Positions 57,701 through 64,000 of a DNA stretch of 64,000 bases are shown here, piece by piece. The translations under genes were made by a program, and so were the position numbers. The number at the start of each line of letters is the position of its first letter. The stretch's first letter is position 1. Origin of the DNA: Eledone cirrhosa (taxonomy: Eukaryota); the NCBI GenBank assembly GCA_964016885.1, contig OZ024752.1, positions 14,818,001 to 14,882,000 on the forward strand, read 5' to 3'. A model generated the notes under the pieces. That model was not told the DNA's origin and did not search any database. It worked only from the letters and a program-made list of their open reading frames with translations.

Positions 57701-60700
57701 GCCATAGCCTAAAGAATGTTTAACGCCATAGCCTAAACAATGTTTAACGCCATAGCCTAAATAGTGTTTAACGCCATAGCCTAAACAGTGTTTAACGCCA
57801 TAGGCTAAACAATGTTTAACGCCATAGCCTAAACAATGTTTAACGCCATAGCCTAAACAATGTTTAACGGCATATCCTAAACAGTGTTTAACGCCATAGC
57901 CTAAACAATGTTTAACGCCAGAGCCTAAACAATGTTTAACGCCATAGCCTAAACAGTGTTTAACGCCATAGCCTAAACAATGTTTAACGCCATAGCCTAA
58001 ACAGTGTTTAACGCCATAGCCTAAACAGTGTTTAACGCCATAGCCTAAACGGTGTTTAACGCCATAGCCTAAACATTGTTTAACGCCATAGCCTAAACAG
58101 TGTTTAACGCCATAGCCTAAACAGTGTTTAACGCAATAGCCTAAACAATGTTTAACGCCATAGCCTAAACAGTGTTTAACGCTATGGCCTAAACAGTGTT
58201 TAACGCCATAGCTAAAACAGTGTTTAACCCCATACCCTAAACAGTGTTTAACGCCATAGAATAAACATTGTTTAACGCCATAGCCTAAATAGTGTTTAAC
58301 GCCATAGCCTAAACAGTGTTTAACGCCATAGCCTAAACAATGTTTAATGCCATAGCCTAAACGGTGTTTAACGCCATAGCCTAAACAGTGTTTAACGCCA
58401 TAGCCTAAACAGTGTTTAACGCCATAGCCTAAACAGTGTTTAACGCCATAGCCTAAACATTGTTTAACGCCATAGCCCAAACAGTGTTTACCGCCATAGC
58501 CTAAACAGTGTTTAACGCCATAGCCTAAACAGCGTTTAACGCCATAGCCTAAACATTGTTTAACGCCATAGCCTAAACAGTGTTTAACGCCATAGCCTAA
58601 ACATTGTTTAACGCCATAGCCTAAACAGTGTTTAACGCCAAAGCCTAAACAGTGTTTAACGCCAGAGCCTAAACAATGTTTAACGCCATAGCCTAAACAG
58701 TGTTTAACGCCATAGCCTAAACAGTGTTTAACGCCATAGCCTAAACAGTGTTTAACGCCATAGCCTAAACATTGTTTAACGCCATAGCCTAAACAGTGTT
58801 TAACGCCATAGCCTAAACAGTGTTTAACGCCATAGCCTAAACAGTGTTTAACGCCATAGCCTAAACAGTGTTTAACGCCATAGCCTAAACAGTGTTTAAC
58901 GCCATAGCCTAAACATTGTTTAACGCCATAGCCTAAAGAGTGTTTAACGCCATAGCCTAAACAGTGTTTAAAGCGATAGCCTAAACAGTGTTTAACGCCA
59001 TAGCCTAAACAGTGTTTAACGCCATAGCCTAAACATTGTTTAACGCCATAGCCTAAACAGTGTTTAACGCCATAGCCTAAACAGTGTTTAACGCGATAGC
59101 CTAAACAGTGTTTAACGCCATAGCCTAAACAGTGTTTAACGCAATAGCCTAAACAATGTTTAACGCCATAGCCTAAACAGTGTTTAACGCCATAGCCTAA
59201 ACAATGTTTAACGCCATAGCCTAAACAGTGTTTAACGCCATAGCCTAAACATTGTTTAACGCCATAGCCTAAACATTGTTTAACGCCATAGCCTAAACAA
59301 TGTTTAACGCCATAGCCTAAACAGTGTTTAACGCCATAGCCTAAACAATGTTTAACGCCATAGCCTAAACAGTGTTTAACGCCATAGCCTAAACAGTGTT
59401 TAACGCCATAGCCTAAACAGTGTTTAACGCCATAGCCTAAACAATGTTTAACGCCATAGCCTAAACAGTGTTTAACGCCATAGCCTAAACAATGTTTAAC
59501 GCCATAGCCTAAACAATGTTTAACGCCATAGCCTAAACAGTGTTTAACGCCATAGCCTAAACAGTGTTTAACGCCATAGCCTAAACAGTGTTTAACGCCA
59601 TAGCCTAACCAATGTTTAACGCCATAGCCTAAACAGTTTTTAACGCCATAGCCTAAACAGTGTTTAACGCCATAGCCTAAACAGTGTTTAACGCCATAGC
59701 CTAAACAGTGTTTAACGCAATAGCCTAAACAATGTTTAACGCCATAGCCTAAACAATGTTTAACGCCATAGCCTAAACAATGTTTAACGCCATAGCCTAA
59801 ACAATGTTTAACGCCATAGCCTAAACAATGTTTAACGCCATAGCCTAAACAATGTTTAACGCCATAGCCTAAACAGTGTTTAACGCCATAGCCTAAACAA
59901 TGATTAACGCCATAGCCTAAACAGTGTTTAACGCCATAGCCTAAACAATGTTTAACGCCATAGCCTAAACAGTGTTTAACGCCATAGCCTAAACAATGTT
60001 TAACGCCATAGCCTAAACAGTGTTTAACGCCATAGCCTAAACAATGTTTAACGCCATAGCTTAAACAATGTTTAACGCCATAGCCTAAACAATGTTTAAC
60101 GCCATAGCCTAAACAGTGTTTAACGCCATAGCCTAAACAATGTTTAACGCCATAGTCTAAACAGTGTTTAACGCCATAGCCTAAACAGTGTTTAACGCCA
60201 TAGCCTAAACAGTGTTTAACGCCATAGCCTAAACAATGTTTAACGCCATAGCCTAAACAATGTTAAACGCCATAGCCTAAACAATGTTTAACGCCATAGC
60301 CTAAACAGTGTTTAACGCCATAGCCTAAACAGTGTTTAACGCCATAGCCCAAACAATGTTTAACGCCATAGCCTAAACAGTGTTTAACGCCATAGCCTAA
60401 ACAATGTTTAACGCCATAGCCTAAACAGTGTTTAACGCCATAGCCTAAACAGTGTTTAACGCCATAGCCTAAACAATGTTTAACGCCATAGCCTAAACTG
60501 TGTTTAACGCCATAGCCTAAACTGTGTTTAACGCCATAGCCTAAACAGTGTTTAACGCCATAGCCTAATCAGTGTTTAACGCCATAGCCTAACCAATGTT
60601 TAACGCCATAGCCTAAACAATGTTTAACGCCATAGCCTAAACAGTGTTTAACGCCATAGCCTAAACAGTGTTTAACGCCATAGCCTAAACAGTGTTTAAC

Positions 60701-63700
60701 GCCATGGCCTAAACAGTGTTTAACGCCATAGCCTAAACAGTGTTTAACGCCATAGCCTAAACAGTGTTTAACGCCATAGCCTAAACAATGTTTAACGCCA
60801 GAGCCTAAACAATGTTTAACGCCATAGCCTAAACAGTGTTTAACGCCATAGCCTAAACAGTGTTTAACGCCATAGCCTAAACAGTGTTTAACGCCATAGC
60901 CTAAACAGTGTTTAACGCCATAGCCTAAACAGTGTTTAACGCCATAGCATAAACAGTGTTTAACGCCATAGCCTAAACAGTGTTTAACGCCATAGCCTAA
61001 ACAGTGTTTAACGCCATAGCCTAAACAGTGTTTAACGCCATAGCATAAACAGTGTTTAACGCCATAGCCTAAACAGTGTTTAACGCCATAGCCTAAACAG
61101 TGTTTAACGCCATAGCCTAAACAGTGTTTAACGCCATAGCCTAAACAGTGTTTAACGCCATAGCCTAAACAGTGTTTAACGCCATAGCCTAAACAGTGTT
61201 TAACGCCATAGCCTAAACAGTGTTTAACGCCATAGCCTAAACAGTGTTTAGCGCCATAACCTAAACAGTGTTTAACGCCATAGCCTAAACAGTGTTTAAC
61301 GCCATAGCCTAAACATTGTTTAACGCCATAGCCTAAACAGTGTTTAACGCCATAGCCTAAACAGTGTTTAACACCATAGCCTAAACAGTGTTTAACGCCA
61401 TAGCCTAAACAATGTTTAACGCCACAGCCTAAACAGTGTTTAACGCCATAGCCTAAACAGTGTTTAACGCCATAGCCTAAACATTGTTTAACGCCATAGC
61501 CTAAACAGTGTTTAACGCCATAGCCTTAACAATGTTTAACGCCATAGCCTAAACAGTGTTTAACGCCATAGCCTAAACAATGTTTAACGCCATAGCCTAA
61601 ACAGTGTTTAACGCCATAGCCTAAACAGTGTTTAACGCCATAGCCTAAACAGTGTTTAACGCCATAGCCTAAACATTGTTTAACGCCATAGCCTAAACAG
61701 TGTTTAACGCCATAGCCTAAACAGTGTTTACCGCCATAGCCTAAACAGTGTTTAACGCCATAGCCTAAACAGTGTTTAACGCCATAGCCTAAACAGTGTT
61801 TAACGCCATAGCCTAAACAGTGTTTAACGCCATAGCCTAAACAGTGTTTAACGCCATAGCCTAAACAGTGTTTAACGCCACAGCCTAAACAGTGTTTAAC
61901 GCCATAGCCTAAACATTGTTTAAGGCCATAGCCTAAACAGTGTTTAACGCCATAGCCTAAACAATGTTTAACGCCATAGCCTAAACAGTGTTTAACGCCA
62001 TAGGCTAAACAATGTTTAACGCCATAGCCTAAACAGTGTTTAACGCCATAGCCTAAACAGTGTTTAACGCCATAGCCTAAACAGTGTTTAACGCCATAGC
62101 CTAAACATTGTATAACGCCATAGCCTAAACAGTGTTTAACGCCATAGCCTAAACAGTGTTTAACGCCATAGCCTAAACAGTGTTTAACGCCATAGCCTAA
62201 ACAGTGTTTAACGCCATAGCCTAAACAGTGTTTAACGCCATAGCCTAAACAGTGTTTAACGCCATAGCCTAAACAGTGTTTAACGCCATAGCCTAAACAG
62301 TGTTTAGCGCCATAACCTAAACAGTGTTTAACGCCATAGCCTAAACAGTGTTTAACGCCATAGCCTAAACATTGTTTAACGCCATAGCCTAAACAGTGTT
62401 TAACGCCATAGCCTAAACAGTGTTTAACACCATAGCCTAAACAGTGTTTAACGCCATAGCCTAAACAGTGTTTAACGCCGCAGCCTAAACAGTGTTTAAC
62501 GCCATAGCCTAAACATTGTTTAACGCCATAGCCTAAACAGTGTTTAACGCCATAGCCTAAACAGTGTTTAACGCCATAGCCTAAACAGTGTTTAACGCCA
62601 TAACCTAAACAGTGTTTAACGCCATAGCCTAAACAGTGTTTAACGCCATAGCCTAAACAGTGTTTAACGCCATAGCCTAAACAGTGTTTAACGCCATAGC
62701 CTAAATAGTGTTTAACGCCATAGCCTAAACAGTGTTTACCGCCATAACCTAAACAGTGTTTAACGCCATAGCCTAAACAGTGTTTAACGCCATAGCCTAA
62801 ACATTGTTTAACGCCATAGCCTAAACAGTGTTTAACGCCATAGCCTAAACAGTGTTTAACACATATAGCCTAAACAGTGTTTAACGCCATAGCCTAAACA
62901 GTGTTTAACGCCACAGCCTAAACAGTGTTTAACGCCATAGCCTAAACAGTGTTTAACGCCATAGCCTAAATATTGTTTAACGCCATAACCTAAACAGTGT
63001 TTAACGCCATAGCCTAAACAATGTTTAACGCCATAGCCTAAACAGTGTTTAACGCCATAGCCTAAACAATGTTTAACGCCATAGCCTAAACAGTGTTTAA
63101 CGCCATAGCCTAAACAGTGTTTAACGCCATAGCCTAAACAGTGTTTAACGCCATAGCCTAAACATTGTTTAACGCCATAGCCTAAACAGTGTTTAACGCC
63201 ATAGCCTAAACAGTGTTTACCGCCATAGCCTAAACAGTGTTTAACGCCATAGCCTAAACAGTGTTTAACGCCATAGCCTAAACAGTGTTTAACGCCATAG
63301 CCTAAACAGTGTTTAACGCCATAGCCTAAACAGTGTTTAACGCCACAGCCTAAACAGTGTTTAACGCCATAGCCTAAACATTGTTTAAGGCCATAGCCTA
63401 AACAGTGTTTAACGCCATAGCCTAAACAATGTTTAACGCCATAGCCTAAACAGTGTTTAACGCCATAGCCTAAACAATGTTTAACGCCATAGCCTAAACA
63501 GTGTTTAACGCCATAGCCTAAACAGTGTTTAACGCCATAGCCTAAACAGTGTTTAACGCCATAGCCTAAACATTGTATAACGCCATAGCATAAACAGTGT
63601 TTAACGCCATAGCCTAAACAGTGTTTAACGCCATAGCCTAAACAGTGTTTAACGCCATAGCCTAAACAGTGTTTAACGGCATAGCCTAAACAGTGTTTAA

Positions 63701-64000
63701 CGCCATAGCCTAAACAGTTTTTAACGCCATAGCCTAAACAGTGTTTAACGCCATATCCTAAACAGTGTTTAACGCCATAGCCTAAACAGTGTTTAACGCC
63801 ACAGCCTAAACAGTGTTTAACGCCACAGCCTAAACAGTGTTTAACGCCATAGCCTAAACATTGTTTAACGCCATAGCCTAAACAGTGTTTAACGCCATAG
63901 CCTAAACAGTGTTTAACGCCATAGCCTAAACAATGTTTAACGCCATAGCCTAAACAATGTTTAACGCCATAGCCTAAACAGTGTTTAACGCCATAGCCTA
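42745..64000. repeat. 24-bp satellite array, ~885 monomers, continuing beyond the window
   Basis: Monomer GTGTTTAACGCCATAGCCTAAACA, highly homogeneous, with recurrent point variants and rare 1-2 bp indels. Confidence 0.98.

Noticed and set aside
42716-58480. Long ORFs of (CLGYGVKH)n as a Cys/His/Gly/Tyr-rich structural protein
   Set aside because: The 24-bp monomer is simply stop-free in one frame. Starts are TTG variants, recurrent 1-bp deletions shift the frame, the CCTCAACA variant gives an in-frame TGA, and there is no signal peptide or unique domain. Spliced transcripts would be needed to revive the idea.
42745-64000. CRISPR array
   Set aside because: Contiguous monomers with no unique spacers, no cas genes, and a eukaryotic context.
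42745-64000. Telomeric repeat (minus strand contains TTAGGC)
   Set aside because: Only one such hexamer per 24-mer and no tandem TTAGGG/TTAGGC run; the resemblance may be chance.

Overview
This is eukaryotic, AT-rich, repeat-dominated DNA, most likely from an octopus-type cephalopod. That assignment is inferred from recognisable tRNA-derived SINE families and extreme (TA)n/(CA)n density; no database was checked. No intact host gene can be supported, and nearly all listed ORFs are microsatellite or satellite artefacts. Bases 1-42.7 kb are a mosaic of: about 18 copies of one ~190-bp tRNA-derived SINE, many with long TSDs; fragments of RTE-, CRE- and possibly Tx1/L1-type LINEs; a 1,718-bp internally deleted Chapaev3 DNA transposon with intact ends and a TTA TSD; and at least ten short elements made of inverted and direct repeats. 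Those short elements mostly sit in TA tracts, and several carry minimal hammerhead-ribozyme cores (Penelope-like pseudo-LTR architecture). From ~42,745 to the window end lies a 24-bp satellite (GTGTTTAACGCCATAGCCTAAACA, ~885 copies) with variant-marked higher-order blocks. The most notable observations are the hammerhead/foldback element population, a SINE that appears to have carried 5' flank from a locus 15 kb away, a twin-priming-type inversion in an RTE-like LINE, and the satellite organisation. Coordinates were read by eye and may be off by a few bases.
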